Positions 13,701 through 24,585 of a DNA stretch of 64,000 nucleotides are shown here, piece after piece; position 1 is the stretch's first letter, and each line of letters starts with the position of its first letter. Position numbers and translations under genes: made by a program. Where the stretch lies: positions 50,654,001 through 50,718,000 of the forward strand of contig OZ296650.1 in the NCBI GenBank assembly GCA_965655095.1. The letters run 5' to 3'. The notes beneath the pieces are model-generated. The model ran no database searches. It was not told the DNA's origin and saw only the letters and a program-made list of their open reading frames with translations. The stretch is from Haplodiscus bocki. Its lineage: Eukaryota.

Positions 13701-16700
13701 GATGACTGTTGAACACTTGGATCTGTTTACAACTCTCTACATCCCACAGAGCTAGAGTGCTGTCCCCACTGCCAGTGAGAATCTACACAATAATATATAT
13801 TTAATGGCAAGAAAATGAACACAGCAAACAAACACTTTTTCCCGGATTATTACACGCAAGAAAGATTTGATTGGAAAAATTGGTTTCCATTTGACTTCCA
13901 TAAACCTAACTAAAATGGAGCTAGTGAACCGTGTCTTGACTCATCAAAACTTTCCTGACGTCATTGTCGAAAGACGAAGGAAACAAGAAAATAGCGAGCC
14001 AATAAAAAAGCGAGTTAAACTCAGCTAGAGCTTTTCGGCAATGGTGTCATGATGATCATGCCGAATGAATAAAGCGAGTGAGTTCATCAAGTCGTCCCAC
14101 ATTGACTTTCTTTCACACCTTTTCATTCATTCAGCGTGATAAAAAAAACTTTGAAGCGGAAAAGACGTGAACTGATATTTAGGAAGACTTGGACCGCTTG
14201 AAATTTTAATCTCCCAATGCGGCATAAGGGTTTGCTAGTATTGGACATCGGGAAATCACTGGCCAAACTCCAACAAGCCAGGACGGCTCAGTTTGGCGCT
14301 GCCAGTACGACACAAAATATGTACAGGTAATCACAAAATTTTCTGTACTTAATTTTGGGGAAAAATGGATTTTTGTATCCTTGTGCGTAATATATTAAAT
14401 TTCCAGGTTTTGGGTTGTCCTTTCTAGGAGGGCCGGAGGTCTAGGACTGCAATACTAAACTATACAAAAATTTGGAGAATTTTGTTGATTGTGATGGTCT
14501 CAACACAAGAGAAGCATAACTTCGCATCACATTTTCACTTGTCAGTTAGATCACAGATCCCGAAAGACATTTGAAACCAAGATCGGAAATGTGATTTGAC
14601 ACTTTTCGAAATACTAGAAAAATTACACCAGCTGTCAATCAAGAGTCAAATTGAGGCAAAAACCTGTCACTTGGTCTCATACTCGAAAAGTCGATGAGTC
14701 AATCATATTTTTTCAGGCAACGCCATTTTGCTGCCGAAGAAGTTTGCACAGTAAACAGCACGAAAATAAACAAGTACCTGCCACGATTTTTCTTATTCAA
14801 AAAATGATATGCCAATCATGTCGTTTCAGTTTACGCTATTTATATGTTGAAATTTTGATTTAGAAAGAAGCAAATCCTATAATAAGCGCATACAAACAGA
14901 CCGATTTATGGAATGGAGGCCAGCAGAGTGTTATGCTAAAGACAAAATGCGGAAATGAGGGAGTGAATGGTGGAAGGAGGCGAGTCTTTAGAAGGTGAAC
15001 TGAGCCGACTACTGACCTGATTGTCAGAGTGGTCGAACTGGCAACAAGACATGTATCCAGTGTGAACTGCTACAGTCCTCTTTGTCGCCGAAACATCCTC
15101 CTCCATACTCAACTTGTACACATGGCACTTATTGTCCAGTCCCCTGTTACAGCAGGCACAGACATACATTTACATTCACAGAAAACGGATGACGTATATG
15201 ATGAAAATGTCAAAGTGAGGCCTCAACTAACCCGCATGAAACGAGAGCTCCCGATGGAGAGTACGCACATGCCATCACCCATGTAGTTGGCATGGTCACT
15301 GCATGTTTCTAAAGAGAAAACAAGGCCATCTTTGTTTCCTTCGCAGAATAGACATCAGAAAGACCATGAAATCGGACCATAATAGCTAGTTCAAATGTTT
15401 CAAGTTCGGTAACAGCGCACTTTGTTGTTAAACATGTTAGTATGGTCTATATATTTTCGTCCGTCTATTACTGAGTGTTATACCAATCCTCACTTTATTC
15501 GTGGTAAATGCGTCCCACACTAGCATCTTTCCATCTTGAGAAGTGCTCACACAATGTCTTCTGTCTGTGCTCCAGTCCATGCTCAAAACTTTACCTTGAT
15601 GACCCTTCAGTAGTCTACGGACTTTCATGTTCAAATTAGCAACCACATCCAACTTTGCCGCTGCTGTCGTCACTACACACAAACTTCATAATGTCAATGC
15701 GATGCTCTTGGCTGTCCTATTTCAATTGCTCCTGCCTAGAGCGGTCAGCGATTATTTTATAATATGAAAGGAAAATCGTCCACTCAACGTCAACGCGTGC
15801 GATTTTTAACATTTACTTGCCAATTGAAATTGTCCGAATTCCTAATAAGAGGACGATTCCAATTTTGGAAACTTTTCATCAAACAATTGAAGCAAAATTT
15901 TCGTAGTATGCAACTGAAATAGTAAGACTTCTCAAAGAAGTAAGTACGAAAGAAATTTGGTTTTTTTTTGAAAAATGGGACTTTTTCAGCATCCGCAAAT
16001 GTGGCAAATTTGCCGTTGAATGCGTACCAAATGATATTATCTCTTTACAATGTTTCCATCACTTTATTTGCGAGGTTTTTAAAAAAAATCAGAAAATTTT
16101 TACCTCTGGAAAAGTTAGAAAATTTGAAGAATTATTTTAAAAAACGTTTAGATCCTTTCAAAACGCATCTTCAACAAAAATGGAGGGCAGAAAAAATGTC
16201 GGTGGTAGCCGGCCGTCTTGTTTCTCAAGCAGTAAACCTTTGAAAAATTAAACGGTTAATCGGTTAAACCGGAGCGGTCCTGTAATTTGATGACTATAAA
16301 CTGAACTTGTTTGAAAGACAGGAGATATCACAATTTTTAGGCGAACGGAGCGGAGCCTAATCGCAAAGACACGTCAAAATGATTTCATTTTTTTCTCGTC
16401 CGTGACGTGACATCCCTCCGCGTTTCATCTCTTCAAATCTACTTTTCTTGACACCTATTGTTCGGATTTGTCCGATTTTTGTAGGAACACAACGACGGGT
16501 TCACGATCTATCATAGTCCTATTTTTCGGCGAGTTATTTGCGAAAAAAAATCAATCTTTGGATTTTCTTAGAGGTCAGAGGGTATATTTTTGCGTCCTGT
16601 CTCTACAATAAGCTTGGATATGCTTATGCTGTTGAACTAATCAATGGAACTAATTCAGCTGAGTGGCGTGCTGTGATACCTTTGCCAATTTCTTTAGGCC

Positions 16701-19369
16701 ACTTTCCCTCGAAAAAACGAAAAATTTTGAATTTTTCGAAACAGATTTGATATTCCCCATTGCACAGTGCGTTTCTTAACGTTGACGCTCATTTTCCACA
16801 TACACATTTCTAGGATCCGTTTGCTTATTGTTTAGCTGCATTGGCAAGGTCGTAATTGACAGGGACCAAAATTTTCGGTGACCGAAAGTATTTTGCCGTC
16901 GAGTTTTTGGCGAAAAAAATGAAAACGCAGGTTTTCCAGAGGGCAGGTGTTACTTTGTCGCACTTCTCTGGCCTAATATCCCAGGTATGGCATCTCAATG
17001 CTGACTAGGCCATGGAATAGGAACCGTTACTTGCATTCACTTTTTCGGGCGACAGTTTTTGACTTTTCTGAAAACTTCGAAAAAATTTTCCAATGAATTT
17101 CTGCAATATCTAAAGCTTAGCATGTTCAGCTTCCTCAAAAGGTTGCATAACACTTGAATTGAAGAACAGATTAAGCAATGTGTACAACAGAAGGGTTTTG
17201 ATGCAAGTTTCGATTCACAGCGAACTTTTTCATAGATTCATTGCCAGAAATTGTCAAAAAATAGGTTTCCTTAAGACTTGTCAATTCTTCTGAAGATTTT
17301 TTATTCTGTTGCACAAACAATAAAAGTAAAATCGGATTGATGACGCCGACTGCATTACTGGAGAAGCAGTCGAGAGCTTTTCAGGGTACGCTCGGTCAAA
17401 GATAGGTGGTCTGACCACAGTACTCTTTTAGATGTAGAGCAATCGTTTTTGCCCTTTGCCATAATTTACTGCGACTCTCATAGCCTGGCAAATTGCCTCG
17501 AGTGTCTGTCTCACAACTTTCAGCGTCTCTTAGTATTCATGTAACCTTCGGGTTGCGCGAAAAATCTTTAGTCGAGTTTTCGCGGCTTTTTGGGAAGATT
17601 TTTTGTTTCGCGATTCGTATTTTTTACTCAACGCCCTAGTTGCCAACTTTTGCAACCTTGCTGCTCTGAGATGGCAATTCCCAAACAGCGGCTGGCTTTC
17701 GCTGACTTCTGTGATGACAAAATTTTCTTTTTCAGCTAAACTTTGTTTGAAGTTAGGATAGTTACCTTGAATCTCCGGTGTTTTCTCTATTGGATGTTCT
17801 ATGCATAATCTCTCCGGATTTTGCTACATGCTCTATGACATTTCATAAGCATGTGGTCAGCGATGTAATCAAGAGGTTAGTACCTTCGCGAGCCTTGCGC
17901 TAAGCAGCTATGTTTTTCAAATGTAGCACACGCGAAGCGGAACTTTGCAACACACCGTGACTTGTCAGTAGGGATAATAGATAAGAAGTACAGATCAAAG
18001 ATCCTGAGAAACATGTGAGAACATGATTGGAGAGATGATTCACACTTTAATTACTACACCGACTGTGGATTGAAAGTTTGATCGAAAAGGTGGAATTGAG
18101 ACAAGCACCTGTCACAGTTCCTCATACTCAAAAATTTAATCTGTCAATCATGCCTTTTCAGGTTTTGCCATTTTGCAGCCCAGTTTAGGATTTGAAGAGT
18201 AAACAACGCAGAAACGAAATGTTTTATTTTCAAGAAATTGAAGACATCGATAAGTAAAGCAATACTTTTTGGGGGTCTGTTGCTCATTTGTTCAGACAAT
18301 ATGTTAGCCAAATTTGCACTTTTTGCAAACGGAAAGTAAACTACCTGATAAAAGTTTCAAGAAGGTCATTTATGATCGTTTTCACTAGACCCCTAGACTC
18401 TCTGATGATGTCATAAAATGCAAATTTGGGACAAGATAAAAATAACCGGGCACAATGGGCTATCCCTTCTGTGTTGCACCTAAAAAACTTGTAATGAGTT
18501 TGAAAAACAGATGGTCACGGTGGTTAGCAAGTACCGCGTTACATCGTTACATTGTTCGTTACGACATTAATTCGTTACGACGAAAGTGCCGCGTTAATTT
18601 CAACATTTAACTGAACCGACTGTTCTTCAATAAAAACTGACAATGTATTCCCCTCTCGCTTAAATACCCAACAGGTGTTCCAGTGACCGGTCGGTTGAAA
18701 AATTTATTACCGTATGGCTTTTTCTGGGCCCACGGGCATTCATGCCCTACCTAAGGCAGTTCCTGACCTCGTTGAAGCCCAAGAATGCCCCAGGGCCTAG
18801 AACAAACATGCCGTAATATATACGAACAGTATCAGAATAGCAGGTTTCATTTCATCGATGACAAGTTTGGCAACCCTTTAAATTTTTGTCCTGTTTACTG
18901 TTTAATCGCTGATGGCTCTACTCCGGTCACAATCGCAATGATCAATACAAGGAGAATTTCGAACATTTTTAAACTTTCACAATATTCCTTATGAACCTTA
19001 TATTCCAATTACCGAGATACAACAAAAAACAAGGATAAAAACCACCCTGCGTCAAGTTGAGCTTTTTCAAGACATGCTTGAAATCGATAATAATTAGGAT
19101 GTTTTGCTCTCACACGGCCCTCCGTCCGACTAAAACCCAAAAACATCCCTATAAACTAAAGTCGGCTCCACTTCTAATGTGCTTTCAATATACGCCAGTT
19201 GAAATATGAGAATGGAACGATTCAAAAAAATTATAACCCTAGTTCGCGTACATTCTATATCATTCAACTTCTGTTTTTCTTCCGACAACTTCTCCTTTAG
19301 AGTCTCAATTTCTCTTCTTAATTCAGCTACTGACTCTTCATCATTGGCAGAAGGACTGCCTTTGGCCAT
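7761..19369 (-). CDS. GNB5: Guanine nucleotide-binding protein subunit beta-5 (WD40 propeller), spliced CDS join(19252..19369,15494..15672,15232..15308,15017..15143,13493..13782,12793..13051,7761..7772), 353 aa
   Basis: Exons sum to 1062 nt (353 aa + stop); all six introns are GT..AG with matching phases. Gbeta5-diagnostic peptides: [86 protein letters not shown]-terminal TLRVWA*. Confidence 0.96.
8255..8800 (+). mobile_element. Family A copy (GNB5 intron 6; 2 subunits)
   Basis: Same head, ctgtcaca..gtctcatact core and gtcagaatgtgtaaa tail. Confidence 0.78.
9030..9665 (+). mobile_element. Family A copy (GNB5 intron 6; 3 subunits)
   Basis: Same core and tail; subunit starts near 9153, 9276, 9388 and 9507. 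Confidence 0.78.
11675..12045 (+). repeat. Dispersed repeat family B, copy 2 (GNB5 intron 6)
   Basis: Collinear similarity to 3165-3555. Confidence 0.65.
12793..13051 (-). CDS. GNB5: GNB5 coding exon 6
   Basis: Acceptor TTACAG|A; [10 protein letters not shown]...GSWDYTLR; donor AGG|GTCAGT. Confidence 0.95.
13493..13782 (-). CDS. GNB5: GNB5 coding exon 5
   Basis: Acceptor GTGTAG|; [17 protein letters not shown]...SDDATCR; donor AG|GTATAA. Confidence 0.95.
14517..14840 (+). mobile_element. Family A copy, 3'-truncated (GNB5 intron 4)
   Basis: Head plus about 1.5 subunits. Confidence 0.75.
15017..15143 (-). CDS. GNB5: GNB5 coding exon 4
   Basis: Acceptor TAACAG|G; [11 protein letters not shown]...[16 protein letters not shown]; donor CAG|GTCAGT. 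Confidence 0.95.
15232..15308 (-). CDS. GNB5: GNB5 coding exon 3 (not in the ORF track)
   Basis: Acceptor TTTTCTCTTTAG|; [26 protein letters not shown]; donor GG|GTTAGT. Confidence 0.95.
15494..15672 (-). CDS. GNB5: GNB5 coding exon 2
   Basis: Acceptor GTGTAG|TG; encodes ...[20 protein letters not shown]...WDAFTTNK; donor AAA|GTGAGG. Confidence 0.95.
15768..16205 (+). repeat. Dispersed repeat family C, copy 2 (GNB5 intron 1)
   Basis: Collinear similarity to 3878-4280. Confidence 0.7.
17940..18445 (+). mobile_element. Family A copy (GNB5 intron 1)
   Basis: Head aactttgcaacaca..gacttgtcag, core gagacaagcacctgtcaca, tail ctctgatgatgtcat. Confidence 0.72.
18516..18600 (+). repeat. Cluster of CGTTAC hexamers (DNA-transposon subterminal-repeat-like)
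   Basis: cgttac at 18537, 18545, 18557 and 18573, plus gcgtta at 18591. Confidence 0.4.
18705..18818. mobile_element. Small MITE-like inverted repeat (~36-bp imperfect arms)
   Basis: tattaccgtatggctttttctgggcccacgggcattc vs reverse complement of gaatgccccagggcctagaacaaacatgccgtaata. Confidence 0.6.
19252..19369 (-). CDS. GNB5: GNB5 coding exon 1 (N-terminal coiled coil MAKGSPS...KLNDIE)
   Basis: ATG at 19369; donor GAAT|GTACGC (phase 1); resembles Gbeta5 ...EERAKLHDVEL. Confidence 0.88.
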
Positions 19370-19377
19370 GATTAGAT

Positions 19378-19410
19378 CTGGAAAACAACGTGAACTTCCT
19401 TGAAAATAAA
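19378..19410 (-). promoter_or_regulatory. Splice acceptor 8 nt upstream of the GNB5 ATG (5' UTR intron or trans-splice site)
   Basis: Minus strand reads TTTATTTTCAAGGAAGTTCACGTTGTTTTCCAG|ATCTAATCATGG. Confidence 0.5.
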
Positions 19411-19809
19411 CCGTTTCAGATATTAGTAGTAAAAGACTTCATTCGAAAACAAACTGGAAGCAAAATAACGAAATCAAGATAAAAACAAAATCTATAAAAT
19501 TATTAACAAAAAAGAAAATCAACTTCGACAATTAGTACAACAATTGTCTGGTTATCTCACTGCCCTCACTTGGTCGCGAGCTCCGTGATCTTTTTTCCCG
19601 CGGACACTGGTCAGTACGCGCTGTCCTTATCAATCTGTTTTGAAGATGGAAGGCAACAGATCAAAAAGGGAAATACTAACAAAAAGAAATTTCAACAAGC
19701 CATGAAGGCCCGGCGCCGCTCGTAAGGCTCATAATACTCATGGGACGGAGCTGACATTGATGGTAGGAAAAATATGCGCTTCGGAGTAAAGTGCAAGAAA
19801 TATAGCTTA

Positions 19810-19842
19810 TGCTGTGAATCGAACCCGCCACCTGTAGATTCC
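19810..19842 (-). mobile_element. tRNA-derived SINE remnant (B-box)
   Basis: Minus strand GGAATCTACAGGTGGCGGGTTCGATTCACAGC; similar to 1563-1592. Confidence 0.4.
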
Positions 19843-19870
19843 TTACACATCGAAAGGGGTATCTAATATT

Positions 19871-20268
19871 TGTACTTCTACTTCTAGTTTGCTTCTTTTC
19901 TGCCAGAACAGGTTTTTAGTATCTTCTGAGCTTTGAGGTTGAATACGTTTCAGAGGGATGCGAGGTCCCCACGATTTGACTTTTTACAAGTTTCAACTCA
20001 ACAGGTCGTCTTTATTTATTTGGTAAGAAAAGTCAACTTGCTTCTACAGCGTTCAAATCTGCTTGTGTCAGATAATAAAAAGTACAGATTTTAAAATGGT
20101 TTCAATATTGATAAAGGCGACTAGTTTATCTTGAACAAAAGGCCGTTGACTCCTGAAAAAGCAAATTTCAAGTTTTTTTTCACATTTCCGTTGAACAAAA
20201 GTTTTGATGAGCACATTCCATAGATAAGTCTTTCCTGCTTCAGTTGCAACATGACATGCAATGATAGA
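19871..20268 (-). repeat. Candidate 3' LTR
   Basis: 19871-20208 is a diverged copy of the ~340-nt inter-gag spacer of every array unit (e.g. ggatgcgaggtcccc.cgatt.gactttttacaagtttcaactcaacag). On the minus strand it begins TCTA (TGTA-like) just after a purine tract and ends ...AGTACA. Confidence 0.6.
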
Positions 20269-20282
20269 CTACCCTCCTTTTT
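20269..20282 (-). promoter_or_regulatory. Candidate polypurine tract
   Basis: Minus strand AAAAAGGAGGGTAG directly abutting the candidate LTR, downstream of env. Confidence 0.5.
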
Positions 20283-20573
20283 GACTTCGCTGCTGGTTCT
20301 TCATCATGAGGGACCCTTAGGGGAAGGCTATGGGTTCCAGAAAAAGAACAGTCATCTCCAGAATAGCTTAGTATGGAGTGGAATTCGGAAACCAAAAGGT
20401 GCAAATCGATCCAAAATGTCTTTGAAGGGTTCAGAATTGTTCCCCCAAAAGATTCGTTATCGAAAATCATTAAACACAATCCAAAATTAATATCGTTGCA
20501 TTACCAGGACACAGTCGTCTAGTCCCAAAAAGTTCGAAACCCCGCACGGTCACGAACTTCATGTGTTTTTCGT

Positions 20574-22751
20574 TCACGGGGATTGCTGAACAAAAGGCGT
20601 TGAAAAATCTCTTGAAATACTTCCGGGATTTTCAACAATCTCAACCGGCGGCGCAGTTGAACTGACTTCATTATGCGAAGCTAGATTCGAGTTGGATATC
20701 GTGCGGAGACTTTTCTGTGATCGAGCTCGACTGGGTTTTCGAACTTTTGCTGAGTAGCCAGGTCCAGGTACTTTTAATGTGATCAACTTATCACTGTACG
20801 CCGGGGCTGCTTCGGAGCAGCTGTTTCGTGTCGTTGCTTTGGGCTTTCTATGGCATAAGATTCCACACCAAAGTGGAGTATTGGCGTGGCGATGTTTTCA
20901 GCGGTGATACAGCAAAGCAACAGGTACTTGACGTAGCATAAAACCAGTGAATGAAATCACACTAATGATCAAGTAGTTTTTGATCGAAAGATGGAAGTCA
21001 AACATTTTGGAGGAGGAAGGTGTCAGCTGTGTCTTTTCGGAAGTACTAGGGCGTGCTATATCTAAGAGTTTTGTCGGGTCGCGCATTTTAGGACTTTCAA
21101 GTAAGCGTTCGAGACTTTCTTCGAGTAAAGCAACTCCTGCTTCTGTCTTTGTAGAGTAATGGGGAACATCATCAACTGCTGGTAAGTCTCTCCACATCTG
21201 TTTCCAAGTATCAGGAAACTTAACATTTACTTTTCTGGCTGGAAGTTGTTCGCAAGTACTGAGGTGCATTTTTAACTCAATGTGACAACCAAGCAGTTGC
21301 CTTCCACACTTCAAGGTGACTTTATAGATTCCACATCTTGGATTCTTGTTAATTGCGGAAGGTATGGTAGATTCGGTATCAGATTCATTTAAAGTGGAGG
21401 CGATTGTACTCGAAGTAATGAGTTAATCCCCATAGCCTGAATATCTGCTTTTTTCCGTCGAAAGTATTTTATTCCTTAAGTTTCGCAAGTTTGGAGAGCT
21501 TCAACGCTATCTTTGAGCTAGAGAGTTACTAGGCCAGACTCGTGCTTTGCGTTAGTTGCAATCATATCTACGCATGCCTGAGAGCGTGGAGATCCGAGAC
21601 ATTGTGAGACATCACACCCAGTTTGGAAAACTTTATCATCCTTTTTTGTTAGATTGCTATTTAAGGCGTTTTTATTTTCCATTTAATAGCCATGTTATTT
21701 CCCGGTTGAAGTATTGGGGCTGCTTTAGCTCGAAAGACTGTACATGCTGATTCCTTCGTTGCTCGTGGAAAAATTACGCACATGATAAGTCCTTGCTCGA
21801 CGGAGATAACATCACGCAACAGATTCAAATCGTATTGGGCTAATGTTTCATCAAAAAGAAGTGCTAATCTAAGTCTGTCCGATACTTGTGAATGTTCCAA
21901 TGCGAAATTGCCTAGGGTCTTCCGGAGCAATTGTCGGGGAAGTAGCGACAAATGAAGGTAATGATTGAGCATGGGATGTATTGAACTCATCATGTTAATA
22001 TGATAAATGTAAAGAGCGTTTCTATTACTTACAATATTTGCAAAATTAACTGCCATCATTGACGAAAAAGTGTCTTATTTGGATTTTTTCCAGTCAAGAG
22101 AACAGCATCTGGTCACAGTCAATTAAAACATGAATAATATGCTCAAAGAGTTCAAAATGTTCTTTGTTATAGTTCCAGTTATAGTTATGGATTCGAAGCA
22201 TTTCCTTCTGAACGAATTTATGTGCAGCAAGATCCGTCGTAACCTAGAAAAATTTGTCGTTAACGTCACTTCTTAATTTGAAAACGTCTTCAGCTGGGGA
22301 TTCCATGAACTTTCCTATTTGTTCTACTTTCGCAGGGTGATTTTGCGCTTTTTTGACAAGATCCAAAAATTTATCCAATTCTGCCTTCGCCGGTTCCATG
22401 GTCAATTCGTGACCCGAATAACCCAACAAAATAATCCAACGAAATTCAAAGGTGTCTAGGTTGGCACTCACGTTCACGTCGAAATGCGGAGAGGAAACAA
22501 AAAAATTTAAAATTTTTAAACTTTTCAGCTAACAGATTTTTTGTAACGTGGTTCAAAATCATGCGATTTGCCAGTATTGCGCCAAAATCGTAGTCCGCAA
22601 TGAAATCAGATTTCCCTTTTTTCAGGGCAGCAGTTGCGGCCAGAAGGAAGGAAACCACTGAAAAAGTGTCGCGTAGAAATTGTTTGCACGTTAGGAGACA
22701 AGGAGAAACAGAACGTCTGGGAAAACCATTTAGGGTGTGATGTTTTTCCAT
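20574..22751 (-). pseudogene. env-like membrane glycoprotein of the Gypsy element (stops and frameshifts)
   Basis: Signal-peptide-like VVSFLLAATAA; helical region (KFMESPAEDVFKLRSDVNDKFF..., HVLIDCDQMLFS); LLRDVISVEQGLIM...TVFRAKAAPILQP; Cys-rich CLGSPRSQAC...EALQTC...RCGIYKVTLKCG...STC; C-terminal hydrophobic YLIISVISFTGFML; position after pol and before the PPT. Confidence 0.75.
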
Positions 22752-23799
22752 TAGCTGAAATGAGCCGTTTTAGGGAGAACTTGTGTTTTGGCGGCCGGTT
22801 TGTTTTTGTTTTGCAAAAGTTTCTAAAAATTATTCCAAGTTTTCAGATCTCAAAAAACTGTGCTTCGGGAAAGAAATCAAGAGCCAAAAAACTGTCTTGT
22901 GTCTGGACGAGTCTTTCCGGTGGTCTCTTCAACGATTCAGTCATTGAAACATGCCGAAATGCAGTGAGAGAGGCAACTACCGTGCAAGACCTATCATGAG
23001 TAAAGCTACTGATCCCAGCATTTTCATCATTTTTCTCGTTATTTAGAGAAGTTACAAGTATTTAACCTACATCGGCCAAAAGCAGAGATAAGGAAATATA
23101 AATTTGTTCTCCTAACGTTGTGTGAGATGTAGTACACATGGTTTTAGATTTTTGATTTTACGCGCTGTTTGGAGAAAAATTTGTTTTGAAGGAGCCGTGC
23201 GTTTTTTCTCAGAGTTTGTAATAAATGAGACTTGTTGTAACTTCATGAACCTATAAATCACAGTGATCAGAGTTCGAGTGATGTACCTCAGATAATTGGG
23301 GTTTGACTTCTAAAGATGGAATCGTCAAATAGCAGTTTCAATGCGAACGAAACAGAGTTAGTAGAAATGTTTTGCTAGTTTTACCTCACTCATGAAAGTC
23401 TTTGCCTTTACAGTTGTTATGTAGTATCAGGTTGCGAGGTATGAGGGTTGGGATAATGATAAGGTGACTGTTTTACATTTATTGTAGCGTTTTAATGTCA
23501 AAAACGTTCTGACTCTATGTTTTCCTTTGAGTGCCTTGAGATCAACGAGGTGGAGTAAATTCTTGCACAACGTCAACCTGGATCATTTACTAAGTGCAGA
23601 AACATTGTCGATTTAGTGTGGCTGCCTGTATCAACTATTGATGAAAGTGGATTCTGCACCTGGAAACAAATAGTTACCAAAGCAAACAAAGTGCCATGAA
23701 ACTGGGCATTTAATTGGTTGAGCGGACGTGCCCATTGGTCCTAAAAATCCACAGTTTTTTACCATTTGTCCGGAATTGTGCTACAAAGTAAAAGGTATA

Positions 23800-24585
23800 G
23801 TGTCTGGATTTCACTTCAGTTGGAATGTCAATAAAACTTTTAGTAACTCTTGGGAAAAAACAGTGTGGAAAACTTTCAAGCCCCGATAATAAGTACGCAG
23901 GAAAACTGACTGCTTCTTCATTCATTCTAGAAGAGCTGATCAAAATGTAAGTGTCCGAAGCGTTAACGCTCAATAAATGGATTGTATTGTATCATATGGG
24001 CCCTGGTTTACTGCAGGACATATTGACACACGTGGGGATGACAGTATCACTCATGCAACCTATGGGGGAAAACTGTGTTTCCTGCTAAGCGCGAAAAGTC
24101 AGCGCGGTGGCTGGGGTCGCATTTTACCTCCTTGAAGGCATTGGTGAACTGTCTATCAAAAGCTTCGTCAAAAGAATTGAGGCATAAAGTCCGAATCGAC
24201 ATACCGAATCCTTCATCACAAAGGATTCAACCGGCCTTAAGATCGTATGCTGTGATCACTTTATCCCCCGGGCCTGCGTTTATTTTTGCTTTTGAAGGAT
24301 ATTGAACTCACGACAACAGGAGACAGCAATTTTTGTCATATTAATCAACTGGCGACGATCGAAACAGAAGGAAAGTGCGTTTGAAAAACGTATGTCAGAA
24401 AACTCAAGAAGAAACTGCTGTGGCAGAGCAACTGGAATGCATACAGTTTGATGAACAACCCACCAAGACATTTCCCAGGCCACGGTCTATTTGCATTCCA
24501 AAAACACAACAAAAATTGCTTGCTGTGAGTCTTTTTAGGAAAAAACTGCAACAAAAACGCGGACTGAAAAAAGGTCAGTATAGGT
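23800..24585 (+). pseudogene. JmjC-domain 2-oxoglutarate/Fe(II) dioxygenase relic (KDM2/KDM7-like), antisense to gag-pol-env
   Basis: From 23977: MDCIVSYGPWFTAGHIDTRGDDSITHATYGGK, with the same T-x2-H-x-D-x8-H-x3-GGK spacing as KDM2A [22 protein letters not shown]; after a frameshift, QPALRSYAVIT matches IPSGWIHAVYT. Confidence 0.75.

Noticed and set aside
7761-19369. Assignment as Gbeta1-4 (GNB1-like)
   Set aside because: [44 protein letters not shown] and terminal VWA are Gbeta5-type; Gbeta1 has PLRSSWVMTCAY, FPNGNAF, DQEL, LAGH and KIWN.
21270-21345. C..KC..H...C pattern (RCGIYKVTLKCGRQLLGCHIELKMHLSTC) resembling a BED zinc finger
   Set aside because: It is in frame with upstream env-like sequence and followed by the TM segment; better explained as the Cys-rich Env ectodomain.
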